Virus record (IMG/VR): IMGVR_UViG_3300044691_000355
Span: 1 to 64,000 of that record
Strand: one strand, 5' to 3'
DNA: 64,000 nucleotides
Source of the DNA: a virus
Shown: positions 27,126 to 36,565 of the stretch, one piece after another
How positions within the stretch are numbered: the first letter of the stretch is position 1
Layout of the letters: every line of letters begins with the position of its first letter
Translations under genes and position numbers: made by a program
The notes under the pieces: model-generated
What the model was told of the DNA's origin: nothing
Database searches by the model: none
What the model saw: the letters and a program-made list of their open reading frames with translations, nothing else

Positions 27126-28094
27126 TTAGTACCGGACCGTGGGCGGCGGCGAGGCGATGAGCGCGGCCGTCAAGTCCACGTTGCTGAGCTGCGAATCAAT
27201 TGCGAGACACGTCGCGGTCGTGTACCACTCAGTGCCGCGCGTATCGCCATCGTGACTCGCATTCATCACGTAATACAGGCCGTCCGCGTTGATGTTGTTT
27301 TGCCGCGCTGAATTGACGTTGTTCGCCTGCGAGGGCAGATCGACCCCGAAGCGCAGGCGATTGATCGTCGCGTTGAGTTGGATCAGCGAGCACACCTTGA
27401 TGTTGGCATTCAAAAGCGTGCGCAGGACGATGCCGTTCTGCGTCTGCTCGGGCGTCCCGATGAGCCCTGAGTTTGGCCCGATCAGAATCACCTCTTCCTG
27501 CGGCACTTCAGTGTGCGAAACGTAGGTGGGATTGCCGCCTTGGATAGACCAGTAGAAATCGCCGTTATCGGCCAGCAAGCGCATCTCATCCTTGACGCTG
27601 CCGTAGCTCGAATAGCCGCGCACCGAATCGACCACTTTGTCTTTGATGAATTGCGGGATCGCTGGCGTGTTGACCCCGTAGATTTTCATCGCGTTTTGCA
27701 AGAGCTGCGCAATGCCACCGGGGTTTAGGGCCGCTTGCGCGGCAGATACGGCGGCGAAACTGTAGGCATGATCGCCATCCGCTGCGGTCACATCGACGTA
27801 AGTGTCGAGCTGGCTTTCCCGCCCGATGCGCACTTGCGCAATGGTGCCGGAGAACACTTCCGCGTAATTGCCCTCATACCCTGCACTCACAGTGAGGGTC
27901 TGAAATTCCGAAGTCCTGGGCGCAAGGGTGTTGGCCGTGTCGTCGCTCAAGTTATAAATGCGCACATCGCAAGAGTTCGGCGACTGCTGATCGCCTTTGC
28001 GAATCTGAAAGCGGCAGCGAAACTGCGCGAAGTCCAAGCGCTGCGTCTCGCTCGCGATGACGACGCTGACTTTCCGAAGGTACTGTTTGGTCAC
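27126..28094 (-). CDS. Baseplate hub protein
   Basis: IYNLS, AGY, AADGD, GLIGTPEQT, GDTRG.EWY. Confidence 0.85.
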   Translation of the reverse strand: MTKQYLRKVSVVIASETQRLDFAQFRCRFQIRKGDQQSPNSCDVRIYNLSDDTANTLAPRTSEFQTLTVSAGYEGNYAEVFSGTIAQVRIGRESQLDTYVDVTAADGDHAYSFAAVSAAQAALNPGGIAQLLQNAMKIYGVNTPAIPQFIKDKVVDSVRGYSSYGSVKDEMRLLADNGDFYWSIQGGNPTYVSHTEVPQEEVILIGPNSGLIGTPEQTQNGIVLRTLLNANIKVCSLIQLNATINRLRFGVDLPSQANNVNSARQNNINADGLYYVMNASHDGDTRGTEWYTTATCLAIDSQLSNVDLTAALIASPPPTVRY

Positions 28095-28408
28095 GCCGTG
28101 ACCCAGTACAGTTTCGAGTCGAGTCCCAAGTTATCGAAAGCGGGCGGATCATCGGGCGCGCCTCCATTGAAGAGCGCCAAGATGCCGCCGAATTGCAGGT
28201 ACTCGTACTGCGCGAGCAAATCCGAGCCCGTGACGAAGGGGATGCCCAGGAGGATCGGATTGCCAGCCACATCCGCGATGTCCATGATCCAGCCGCCTTC
28301 GGCCGTGTCCCGGAAGTTCAACGTCAGGGCGTACTGCACACCATTGAATAAAACGGTCAAGGTCTGCGCGGCGGGCAGCAGCGGCACGATGGAATAATTC
28401 AAACTCAT
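28091..28408 (-). CDS. Baseplate plug/adaptor protein
   Basis: W.MDI.D..G.P...GIP.VTG.DLL.QY. Confidence 0.8.
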   Translation of the reverse strand: MSLNYSIVPLLPAAQTLTVLFNGVQYALTLNFRDTAEGGWIMDIADVAGNPILLGIPFVTGSDLLAQYEYLQFGGILALFNGGAPDDPPAFDNLGLDSKLYWVTA

Positions 28409-29157
28409 AGCGGTGCTCGCGCCACATTCTCAATCGACTGGATCGATTCCAGGAGCCCCGGCAGCACGGGCAACGGGTCGGCCGTCATCAAGGACTGCAC
28501 GCCCTGAAATACCGGGGCTGCGGTGCTCTGCGGCTGGGTCTGATTGCTTGGGTCCACCGAGGTGCCAAGTACATCGACCAAAATCACTTCTTTGCACGTG
28601 ATGCTGCACATCAGCACCTGATAGGTCTTCTGATCGCGCGTCACCGAAATACCGGTGATGAGCATGCTTTTGTAGAGCATGAGCGACGTGACGATGCTCA
28701 AGGGCTGGCGCGCCTCTTTGAGCGCGGTCAACTGCGAGAAAATACCCGAGATGTAATCCTGCGTCGTCAACGAGCCGGAATTCATCAGCGATAACTGCGC
28801 GCCCAACTGCACATCCATCGAGGGCGGGGAATTCGACCACGCGCAGCGCAGTACGATTTCGGCGGGCTGGTTGTAGCTGTGATCGGCGATGTTGGCGGAT
28901 GATTGCACCGGGTGCGTCGTCACCTCGACACTCTGGTGGTGAACCTCCTCTAGCGTCGCCTGGATGGTGATCGGCTGAATTCCGATGGAGGTTAAGTCCG
29001 CTGAGCCAAATGAATTCGGCGGCCCTGGTGGATCGGGCGGCCCTGGGTTCACAAAGACGCTGCGCACTTGCCCGGTCGGCAGGAGCGAAATGATGTTCGC
29101 CGCGACGTTGGTCAGGCTCGGCACCGGCAGGATCGAGAGGGGCGGAATGAGCGACAT
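28405..29157 (-). CDS. Dit-like tail tube initiator
   Basis: EE.H...VT.HPV....IADH..P, Y.SMLI; follows the tape measure gene. Confidence 0.8.
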   Translation of the reverse strand: MSLIPPLSILPVPSLTNVAANIISLLPTGQVRSVFVNPGPPDPPGPPNSFGSADLTSIGIQPITIQATLEEVHHQSVEVTTHPVQSSANIADHSYNQPAEIVLRCAWSNSPPSMDVQLGAQLSLMNSGSLTTQDYISGIFSQLTALKEARQPLSIVTSLMLYKSMLITGISVTRDQKTYQVLMCSITCKEVILVDVLGTSVDPSNQTQPQSTAAPVFQGVQSLMTADPLPVLPGLLESIQSIENVARAPL

Positions 29158-31109
29158 TATTGAACAGTCATTTGTAGCGCGCGCTGCGCTTCGCGATGAG
29201 TGTTGTCAACTACGCGCTGGATTTCCCGTGCCGTCGAATCGTCGGCATGGCCGATGTGGATATCGGTTTTGACATCCATGTGCACGCTGCGGCCCATGAG
29301 ACCTTCGGCCTTATCGCCGCGCAGCGATGAGCGGTCAGTGGAGCGCTCATACAATGAGTTCATGAAATTCGCGGACTCGCGCGCATTGGCGCTTTGGCGG
29401 ATGGCATCCCCGGCGCGATTCTCAGAGTGGCGCAGCTCCCAATCGACGAACTGTAATTGCTCCTCGCGCGAGCTGCCGTGGATGTCGCGTCCGGGGAAGA
29501 CCTTGGCGAAGTTTGCTTGCCGATCCTTGTGCCACTGCGCGATACCGTAGGCCTCGCCTGGCATGCCCCTGCCCTCCCCCTTCGAGGCCGCACCATACGC
29601 GTCGGGGTTTAAGTTTGCAGAGGCAGACTCGACTTGCAGGTTCGCCAAAATTCCCGCCGACTGCTCTTTACTCCAGCCCATGGCTGCGAGCATTTGCGCG
29701 GGGTCCGCGCCCGCATATCCCTGCTTCGCATTCACCTTATCGCGATACCAATCGACCCCGCGCGAGACACCCTCGCCCGCCTTGGCGAGCGGCCCGTTCG
29801 GAAATAAATCATTGATGGTGTCGCCCAGCTCGTAGCCTAACCAGACGGCCGTGCCGATGCCGCTCAACTTACTCGCGAGCGCACCCGCCGCCGCCAGCCT
29901 GCCTACGCGCGGAATGAGCGCCGCCTTGCCAGCCTGACGCGCCGCCGTCGCTTCGGCCGCTGCAACCCGCGATGACGCCATCGCCTCTATCACCTCGGCT
30001 TCGGTGCCTGCCGCAAGCGCGCGCGCTTCGTGCGCCAGCACCTCATTACCCAGAGCATTGGCCCGCCCGAAATGCTCGGCCGCCGCCGCTGCCCGCGCCG
30101 CCGTTGCCGCCGCCTCGGCCGCCGTACCGATGGCGCGATAGCCCGTTACGAGACCGAACAGCGCCTCGCCCACTTTCCAAATCCCGGACAGAATCTTAAA
30201 TCCGCCGAAGGCGCTCATCAGCGCCATCACGCCGATGATGGTAGTGCTCAAGCCCCCGGTGACTTTATCGAGCCACTCGAAGGCGTGAATGATCGCCATC
30301 ACGATGGGAGCCATCACCTCCAGCAAATGAATGAACACCTCGACGCCGTGCACGATTTTGTCCGCAATGGCATCGCCGTTCTTGGCGAGGTACTCGTTTA
30401 GCTTCCCCATCGAGAAGCCGAGCTTCGTCAGCAAGACATCGCCCACCTTCGCGCCGATGATGGTCAGCCAATCACCGGTCTCGCGCAGGGCGCGCATGAA
30501 ATTCTTGGCATCATCGGTGGCCTTCGCAAAGCCCGCCGCCTCCAGGCGCTTCGCGGTGGCCTGCTGCCTATCGCCAAAGCCCGCCATCTGAATTTGCAGG
30601 GCGGTTTCGCTGGAGATGCCCCACTGACTCGCCAACTGATCATTCAGGCGCGCATTGCCTTCGCGCGTGTTCTTCGCAAAGAGTTCACCGATGGAGGCCA
30701 GGTCCACCGCTTTGTCGCCCGTCAAGTGCTTGCCGACTCCGGCCAGCCACTGATTGATCATCCCGCTGCCGCCCGCCGGATTGTTGCGCAGGAATGTGGT
30801 CAGTCCCTCAATCGCGGACATCGCGCCTTCGGCCGTGCCGCCGAAATCTTGGATCGTGCGCTCAAACGCCTTGATGTGCGTCGCGCTCGTGCCGGTGCGA
30901 TACGCGGCGAAGTAGAGCTTCTCCATGTTCGCGGCGAAGCGCTCGACGCCAATCGCTACTGTGGTGGCTGTCGCGCTGACGGCGGTCGCAAGTAGGAATA
31001 CGGACTTTGTCGCGCGGTCGATGCCGTCGCCGAATTTCTTTAGCGCACTCTCGTCGGTTTTGAACCCGAGTGTGACTAAGAATTTCTTGATGACGGATTC
31101 ATCGGCCAT
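29157..31109 (-). CDS. Tape measure protein with a C-terminal phage tail lysozyme domain
   Basis: IKKFLV.LGF N-terminus, Ala-rich helices; AGILANLQVES, AYGIAQW, QLQFV.WEL, YER. Confidence 0.88.
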   Translation of the reverse strand: MADESVIKKFLVTLGFKTDESALKKFGDGIDRATKSVFLLATAVSATATTVAIGVERFAANMEKLYFAAYRTGTSATHIKAFERTIQDFGGTAEGAMSAIEGLTTFLRNNPAGGSGMINQWLAGVGKHLTGDKAVDLASIGELFAKNTREGNARLNDQLASQWGISSETALQIQMAGFGDRQQATAKRLEAAGFAKATDDAKNFMRALRETGDWLTIIGAKVGDVLLTKLGFSMGKLNEYLAKNGDAIADKIVHGVEVFIHLLEVMAPIVMAIIHAFEWLDKVTGGLSTTIIGVMALMSAFGGFKILSGIWKVGEALFGLVTGYRAIGTAAEAAATAARAAAAAEHFGRANALGNEVLAHEARALAAGTEAEVIEAMASSRVAAAEATAARQAGKAALIPRVGRLAAAGALASKLSGIGTAVWLGYELGDTINDLFPNGPLAKAGEGVSRGVDWYRDKVNAKQGYAGADPAQMLAAMGWSKEQSAGILANLQVESASANLNPDAYGAASKGEGRGMPGEAYGIAQWHKDRQANFAKVFPGRDIHGSSREEQLQFVDWELRHSENRAGDAIRQSANARESANFMNSLYERSTDRSSLRGDKAEGLMGRSVHMDVKTDIHIGHADDSTAREIQRVVDNTHREAQRALQMTVQ

Positions 31110-31114
31110 GCGTT

Positions 31115-31279
31115 TCAATCTCTCTTCGGGTGGGCTAGGTCATCGTTGTCAGCGCGCACAGCAAGGGCATCGTTCAAGAGCGCGATGTCGGCAAGATCAA
31201 GCGTGCCGTCGAGCAGGCTTTCGTACTTGCAAAGCCCCGCCATCACCGGGCCTAACAGCCAGTCCTCCTCGTCCGGCAA
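31115..31279 (-). CDS. Tail assembly chaperone, C-terminal (frameshift) part
   Basis: LPDEEDWLLGPV..GLCKYESLLDGTLDL.DIALLND; the -1 frame is open back to CCTTTT in the upstream chaperone. Confidence 0.7.
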   Translation of the reverse strand: MPDEEDWLLGPVMAGLCKYESLLDGTLDLADIALLNDALAVRADNDDLAHPKRD

Positions 31280-31290
31280 ATGATTCCAGA

Positions 31291-31746
31291 CTATGCCGCT
31301 GTGGCTATCGCTTCGGTCTGCTGCTGGCCGGTAAGCAGACCTTGAATAAAAGGCCCGAGAGAATCCGTGAGTACCTTGATGATCAGGGGAAGGATTTTGC
31401 CGAGGTCTTTTAAGTCCTCGAACATGATCACGTTGCCGCGTGAGACCACGGGCATCCAGTTATCCCCAACGCGGCGTTGCAACGCGGCCAATGAGGCATC
31501 GTAGATGTAGTCAAAGCGCTCATCCTTCATGTCTGCGAAGGATTCGGCGAAGGGCTGCAACATCTCAGCCAAGGGCTCCAGGAAATCCAAGGGGCCGCCA
31601 GCGGTTGCTTTGGTTTTCACAATCGCGTTGAACGCGGGCACCAGCGGCAGGATCAACGGCAAGAGGCGTCGCGAGATATTCGCCTGCGTCTTCGCGGGGA
31701 TTACGAGCGTGCGGTACTGCGCGCCGTCCTGTTCAAATTCGATCAT
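31291..31746 (-). CDS. Tail assembly chaperone
   Basis: Position between tube and tape measure; IEFE..G..YR..SRRLLP. Confidence 0.8.
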   Translation of the reverse strand: MIEFEQDGAQYRTLVIPAKTQANISRRLLPLILPLVPAFNAIVKTKATAGGPLDFLEPLAEMLQPFAESFADMKDERFDYIYDASLAALQRRVGDNWMPVVSRGNVIMFEDLKDLGKILPLIIKVLTDSLGPFIQGLLTGQQQTEAIATAA

Positions 31747-32186
31747 TAGTAGAATCCGAGCACGGTGTTAATGTGCACGGCCTCCAAATGCCATTCAACG
31801 ATGTCGCCGTCTTTCTTGTAATTGATATTCGGCTTGCGCTTGAACGCACACTGCTGCGCGGTGGAAACATCGCCCGATTGAGTCTGGCGCACCACGATGG
31901 TGTTCTGCCCCCAGAATGAGGCGGAAGTTTGCTGCGCGTCGTACATCGCCATGAGCGCGGCATTGACCGGGGAAATCTTGAGCAGGCGCACCACGACGGA
32001 GCCGGACTTATCGGCGTGCAGCGAGTGCATACCCTTGCCGTCCGCGCCGATCAGCATCGTGTTCTTATCCCCAGCCACATCGATGGAGATGCCCTCGTCG
32101 GCCACGGATGAGCCGTAACCTAAATCAACGGTGCCGGTCGGCCCCGCGAGCGAGGCGGAAACATCCTTGAAGGAATACGTGTTCAT
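31746..32186 (-). CDS. Tail tube protein (DUF3277)
   Basis: TYSF.DV.A.L.GP, IGADG.GMHSL.ADKSG, LLK.SP.N. Confidence 0.9.
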   Translation of the reverse strand: MNTYSFKDVSASLAGPTGTVDLGYGSSVADEGISIDVAGDKNTMLIGADGKGMHSLHADKSGSVVVRLLKISPVNAALMAMYDAQQTSASFWGQNTIVVRQTQSGDVSTAQQCAFKRKPNINYKKDGDIVEWHLEAVHINTVLGFY

Positions 32187-32201
32187 ACGAAAAGACTCCG
32201 G

Positions 32202-33686
32202 TTACTGGTTGACGTTGAGGAGGACGCTCGCCGAATGAATGGCCCCCGCGAGCTTGATGGCGGCCGTGATGACGGTCGCTTTGCGCGCGGCGCGATCCGC
32301 TTGTAATTGGGCTGCGACAGGTCCCGCGAACACGTAGTACCCGGCAGAGAGGGTCTGCCCCGTGACGATCACGCCGATGGGCGGACCGGTCCACACGCCC
32401 GCTGCGACCAGGCCGTTATTCACGGAGATATCGAGCACCTGAGAAACGGTGGCGACGAGGCGCGTCATGCCGGGATCGGTCTGCGGGACTTTCCCCGAGG
32501 TGAAAAGCACGTTGAAAAGCGCGGTTTGAATCGCGTTTTGCAGCCAGTCGGTGCCCTGCACGACATCGAAGAAATAGCCGTTCGACATCACGCCTTGCTG
32601 CAAGATCGCGGTGTTGTTGTTGTACTGAACGAAGACGTTGCAATTCTTCGCCGCGCACGTCGCCGCTTGGCTCTCGGTCAAGACTTCCGGCTGTAGCCCG
32701 CCCTCCACCTTGAACTTCAAAGTGATCGCCGTGCCGATGCCGTTGAAATTCACCGTGAAGGCGATGCCGAAGACTGCGGCCACCGCGTAGGGCGATGAGG
32801 AGCTGAACTGCACGAAGCTTCGGCCTTGCGCCAATTGACTCGCGACATCGGCGCTTGAGCCTGCGTTGAAGACGGTCGCATCCTGCGTCGTGACACCCAA
32901 GATGTGCGAGGTGGTAAGGCCCGCGATGAGCGCGGCCACCGCAACGTAATCGGCGGTGGCGGGCATCACGGAGGCGGCGAACATCAAGCCGTACCAGGCA
33001 CCCGACAAGGCCGCGAAGAGCGCGGCGCAGGCCGCTGCGGTCTCGGCAATGATGCCCGGAGCCACGAAGCCGCCTTGGAGCGCCTGGAATCCTAAGAGCC
33101 CGCCGATATCGGGCGATGGTGCCGTGGTTGAGAAACTGACCGAGGAGGTCGCGCCCGTGGTCGCGGAGGTGAGATTGAATTGCGCGTTCGCCGAATCCCA
33201 GGTGACGATGCCCGATGCGCCCAAAGCGGTGGTCAAGATTCCGGCGACCTGGCTCAAACTGGTGGCTGCGGATAAATTGATCGCGGCCAACGGATGCACC
33301 GTGCCATCGATGGTCACATTCAAAGTTCCGGCGACCACGGCGGTGAAGAGGGAAAGCACTTGCTGCGCGGAGCCACGGACAGCGCCGATCAAGCGCCCGG
33401 CCTGCGCGGTGCGCGCCCAGAGGCCGATGTAGAGCTGCTGCGGCTGCGGGGTCTGGCCAAAGAATAAAGAGGCGGCGAGATATTCAGGCGCTGTGGTGCC
33501 GAAGTCGGAGGCCACACCCGCAAGCCCTGAGTAGGAGCGCATGCGCGAGACCGAGTCGATCACGGGCGAGTCGCCCAAGATCAGAAGACTCCCGAAGTTT
33601 CGCTGCTGGGCAGCGGTCGGTGCCAGCGAGACATTGACACTGACAACGTCATTGACCGACAAACCGGTATTGAGAATGCTGCTCAT
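32202..33686 (-). CDS. Tail sheath protein (DUF3383)
   Basis: DFG...PEY.AA..FF.Q.P, ITLKFK, DWLQN.IQ, K.PQTD.G, KLAGAIH. Confidence 0.92.
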   Translation of the reverse strand: MSSILNTGLSVNDVVSVNVSLAPTAAQQRNFGSLLILGDSPVIDSVSRMRSYSGLAGVASDFGTTAPEYLAASLFFGQTPQPQQLYIGLWARTAQAGRLIGAVRGSAQQVLSLFTAVVAGTLNVTIDGTVHPLAAINLSAATSLSQVAGILTTALGASGIVTWDSANAQFNLTSATTGATSSVSFSTTAPSPDIGGLLGFQALQGGFVAPGIIAETAAACAALFAALSGAWYGLMFAASVMPATADYVAVAALIAGLTTSHILGVTTQDATVFNAGSSADVASQLAQGRSFVQFSSSSPYAVAAVFGIAFTVNFNGIGTAITLKFKVEGGLQPEVLTESQAATCAAKNCNVFVQYNNNTAILQQGVMSNGYFFDVVQGTDWLQNAIQTALFNVLFTSGKVPQTDPGMTRLVATVSQVLDISVNNGLVAAGVWTGPPIGVIVTGQTLSAGYYVFAGPVAAQLQADRAARKATVITAAIKLAGAIHSASVLLNVNQ

Positions 33687-33706
33687 CGTGAGTAACTCCA
33701 AAAGAT

Positions 33707-34288
33707 TTAAGGCGTGGTGAAAGTCTCGGTAACCGTCGGCGCATCGCGCTCCAAGGTGACGGTGCTCGAAGCGAATGAAGTGATCGGGTAGGTGCGAGTC
33801 ACTTTGCGGCGCAGGTGCAGCGTCATATCGCGCCGCTTGATCCAGGTTTGATTGATCAGCTCATTGCCCGCGACAATCGGACCGGTCTCGATCAGGCCCA
33901 TCGCCAGCGTGATCAACGGTTCCAAGTTCTGCGGGACGGAGAGCCCATCGCGCGCAATCGCGGCGAAGGTTTTGGCGAGCGGGCCGTAGAAGCTCGCGAG
34001 CGCGAGGATGTCTTCGTGGCGCGTGAGAACGCCCACGTCGTTCACCGGATCGTAAGTGATCGACGGCCCATCATCGGGCGTGTCGGCGGTCACGCCGATG
34101 GCGCACCAATTGATATTCGCTTCGGGGCGCTTTTGCGGAATCGGCTGCCAGCGCGGGCGCACGAATTTCCCATCGAGCCCCGTCACGCCGACGATCAATG
34201 ATTGCAGCGCCGTGTCGAGCGCATCATCGTCAACTGGATAGGGCGTGGCGGGCGCAAGCGGCCCGCCCGTCGAGGATGTGTTGGGCAT
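33707..34288 (-). CDS. Neck/tail terminator protein
   Basis: GVTGL...VRPRWQ..P..WCAIGV. Confidence 0.8.
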   Translation of the reverse strand: MPNTSSTGGPLAPATPYPVDDDALDTALQSLIVGVTGLDGKFVRPRWQPIPQKRPEANINWCAIGVTADTPDDGPSITYDPVNDVGVLTRHEDILALASFYGPLAKTFAAIARDGLSVPQNLEPLITLAMGLIETGPIVAGNELINQTWIKRRDMTLHLRRKVTRTYPITSFASSTVTLERDAPTVTETFTTP

Positions 34289-34660
34289 TTAGCCCGCCAA
34301 CTGTTGAAGTTCGGCGGTCGCCTGACAGAAGCCTGAGCCGTAGCGCGAATAGTCATCGATTTGCGTGACGGTGTAGGAGTTGCCGTTCCACACGACGACA
34401 TCGGCCGAGAGCGCGGTGTTGCCCGTGTAGAGCAAGAAACGCGTCACGATGCTGATCGTGCCTTGGTTGTATTCGCCATCGGGTTTGCGCAGCAGCTCCT
34501 GGCCGCTCATTGCCGTGACGACGCCGGAGAATGGGATCGGCACTGGCACTGAAATCGCGCGCCCGTCCTCGCCCATGGTCTGCGGATTGCGCATGCAGAT
34601 GAGCGAATCGTCCGCAAAGTCAGGATCATCGAGCACATCGGAGACATCGAGCAGCGGCAT
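34289..34660 (-). CDS. Head closure/head-tail adaptor
   Basis: LDVSDVL.DPDF, ADVV.WNG..Y.V, YG.GF. Confidence 0.8.
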   Translation of the reverse strand: MPLLDVSDVLDDPDFADDSLICMRNPQTMGEDGRAISVPVPIPFSGVVTAMSGQELLRKPDGEYNQGTISIVTRFLLYTGNTALSADVVVWNGNSYTVTQIDDYSRYGSGFCQATAELQQLAG

Positions 34661-35233
34661 TTACAGCTTGCCCACGTTCACTGATGAGGTGATCGCATCG
34701 CGCAACTCGCCGGAATTGATCAGCGGCTGAATACCCGCCATCGCCTGCGCTTCCGATGGCGGCGTGCCGCCCGCCACGAGGCTTAGATACTTGATCTCAT
34801 CGCGGCTGCGCGCCTCGCCGCGCGCGCGAGCGCGTCCCGCAATCGTCGCGGGTTGCAACGGCGCGTAAGCGGCGCTCGACATCTCGGTCTTGACACTCGC
34901 GACGCCAATGGCCCCGGCCCGCGTCAACGCGGCCAAGGCTTCGGGGCGCAGCCCGTTCAACATGGCCTTGGTGGCGCGCTCCACCTGCGGCAACATTTTT
35001 GGGATGGCTTTTTCCGTGCCGGGAACCAAAAAGGGACGCGCGGGAATGTTGTGTGCGGGGCTGCCTGTTTCCATGACGTAGCCGATCATGGCGTTGTGAA
35101 TTTCATCGCCGCTTAAGGTCGTGCGCTCGGAATTCTCAGGGATGCCGATGATCAGCGATGTACTGACAAGCGCGTGCAGACTCTTTAAAACCCCATCCTC
35201 TTCATCGATTTCGATCTCAACCCGTGAAGCCAA
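34661..35233 (-). CDS. Neck/tail completion protein (HK97 gp10-like)
   Basis: NA.IGY..E.GSP..NIPARPFL, PLINSGELR.AIT; TTG start with AAGGA RBS. Confidence 0.75.
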   Translation of the reverse strand: MASRVEIEIDEEDGVLKSLHALVSTSLIIGIPENSERTTLSGDEIHNAMIGYVMETGSPAHNIPARPFLVPGTEKAIPKMLPQVERATKAMLNGLRPEALAALTRAGAIGVASVKTEMSSAAYAPLQPATIAGRARARGEARSRDEIKYLSLVAGGTPPSEAQAMAGIQPLINSGELRDAITSSVNVGKL

Positions 35234-35663
35234 AGGGGAATCCTTCAGGACCTGGAAAACTTCGCGCGTCCACTTGCATGCCGCCCGCGCCCACCTGGCC
35301 CATGAGCTGATACAGCTCGATGCCGTAGCGGGTGAGATTCCATTGCCCGGCACCCTGCATGAGTATCGAGTTCACATCGTAGGAGACGGACACCTTATCC
35401 ACGCTCTTGGAGGTGGCGAGGCCGCTCACCAACCCCGGCGCGACGTTGCCCTTGCCCCGACTCGCCGCTATCGCTTCCTTGCGTGCCAAGGACATGAAAT
35501 GCGCGACGAACAGCGACACGCCGTAATCGAGCAGCGAGTCCCAGCGCTGCGCATCCAGGCGCAGCAGCGCGAGGGCGGAATACGCATTGATCGCAATGTC
35601 GGGGTACGCGCCCAGATCAGTGAACTCCGGGAACATCGCGCGGAAGGTGGCGTTTGCGAACAC
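35217..35663 (-). CDS. Head-tail connector (DUF4054)
   Basis: FRA.FPEF, LFVAH, KSVDKVSVSYD, WNLT.YG. Confidence 0.85.
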   Translation of the reverse strand: MFANATFRAMFPEFTDLGAYPDIAINAYSALALLRLDAQRWDSLLDYGVSLFVAHFMSLARKEAIAASRGKGNVAPGLVSGLATSKSVDKVSVSYDVNSILMQGAGQWNLTRYGIELYQLMGQVGAGGMQVDARSFPGPEGFPFGFTG

Positions 35664-36086
35664 TTACGCGCTCACGGACCGACCGCTTTTCTTTCCCTTC
35701 GCGCTTCCCACCTGTCGCGCACGCAAGATAGCAATCGGCGTATTCAATTCCTCTTCCGTGGCCTTGGAGGCTGCCACGCGCGGCGGCAACGTGCGCTCCA
35801 TGCGCTCGAAGTTCGCCTGCGCCTGCGCCTTCGCATTGATCGCATCGATGTTGGCCTGTTTGCGCTTCGCATCCGCGATTTTCTTGCGCGCCTTCGCCGC
35901 CGCTTCACTTTCAATGCAGCCATCGGCGAGATTTGGGGGAGCCATCCATGGATGCGCGGCGATTTCCTTGCTGATCTCGTGCTCGCCGACTGGGAAGATT
36001 TTCTCCATGGGGAGGGGCTGTCCCTTTTCACGGTTCGCGGGAACCGTGAAACGGAACGCTCTCAAGACATTGATCTTGATGCCCAT
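35664..36086 (-). CDS. Head-associated small protein, paralog of 36092-36481
   Basis: I.V...F.F ... F.VG.HEI..EIAAHPW. Confidence 0.65.
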   Translation of the reverse strand: MGIKINVLRAFRFTVPANREKGQPLPMEKIFPVGEHEISKEIAAHPWMAPPNLADGCIESEAAAKARKKIADAKRKQANIDAINAKAQAQANFERMERTLPPRVAASKATEEELNTPIAILRARQVGSAKGKKSGRSVSA

Positions 36087-36091
36087 GGGCG

Positions 36092-36481
36092 TTACTTCCC
36101 GGCCGGAGCGGGCTTCTCTGCCGCCCTGGCGTCCCGATCTGCCTTGGCTTTGGCTTGCTCGGCTCGGGTAGCTGCGACCCTGGCCTGCGCGTCGGCAGCC
36201 GCCTTATCGATGGCCTCCTGATCGGTGCGGGCCTGCTTCTGATCCTCCGTTTCGATGGACCCGTCCGCGCCGTCCATGATCCACGGATGCTCGATCATCT
36301 CAGGCGTGGTCTCGTGCTCGCGAGCCTCGCCATTCGGGCCGACGCCAAACTCTTTGGCGTACCCCGGCGTCGCGTGCTGCGTGATCTTGTTCGTCGCTGG
36401 GTCCCTGATCGCCGCCGTGCCCGCATGGGAGAACGTGAAAGGCTTCACCACGACAATCGTCTTGCCTACTTTGCTGGTCAT
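36092..36481 (-). CDS. Head-associated small protein
   Basis: IVVVKPFTF...FGVG...HE...EM.EHPWI; directly downstream of the capsid gene. Confidence 0.65.
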   Translation of the reverse strand: MTSKVGKTIVVVKPFTFSHAGTAAIRDPATNKITQHATPGYAKEFGVGPNGEAREHETTPEMIEHPWIMDGADGSIETEDQKQARTDQEAIDKAAADAQARVAATRAEQAKAKADRDARAAEKPAPAGK

Positions 36482-36565
36482 GAAAATCTCTCCGATTCAA
36501 AAAGTTGAAGACCGCCCCCACGAAATGCACGAATTGCCGTTCGTGCCTCATCGTGGAATTAGTGC

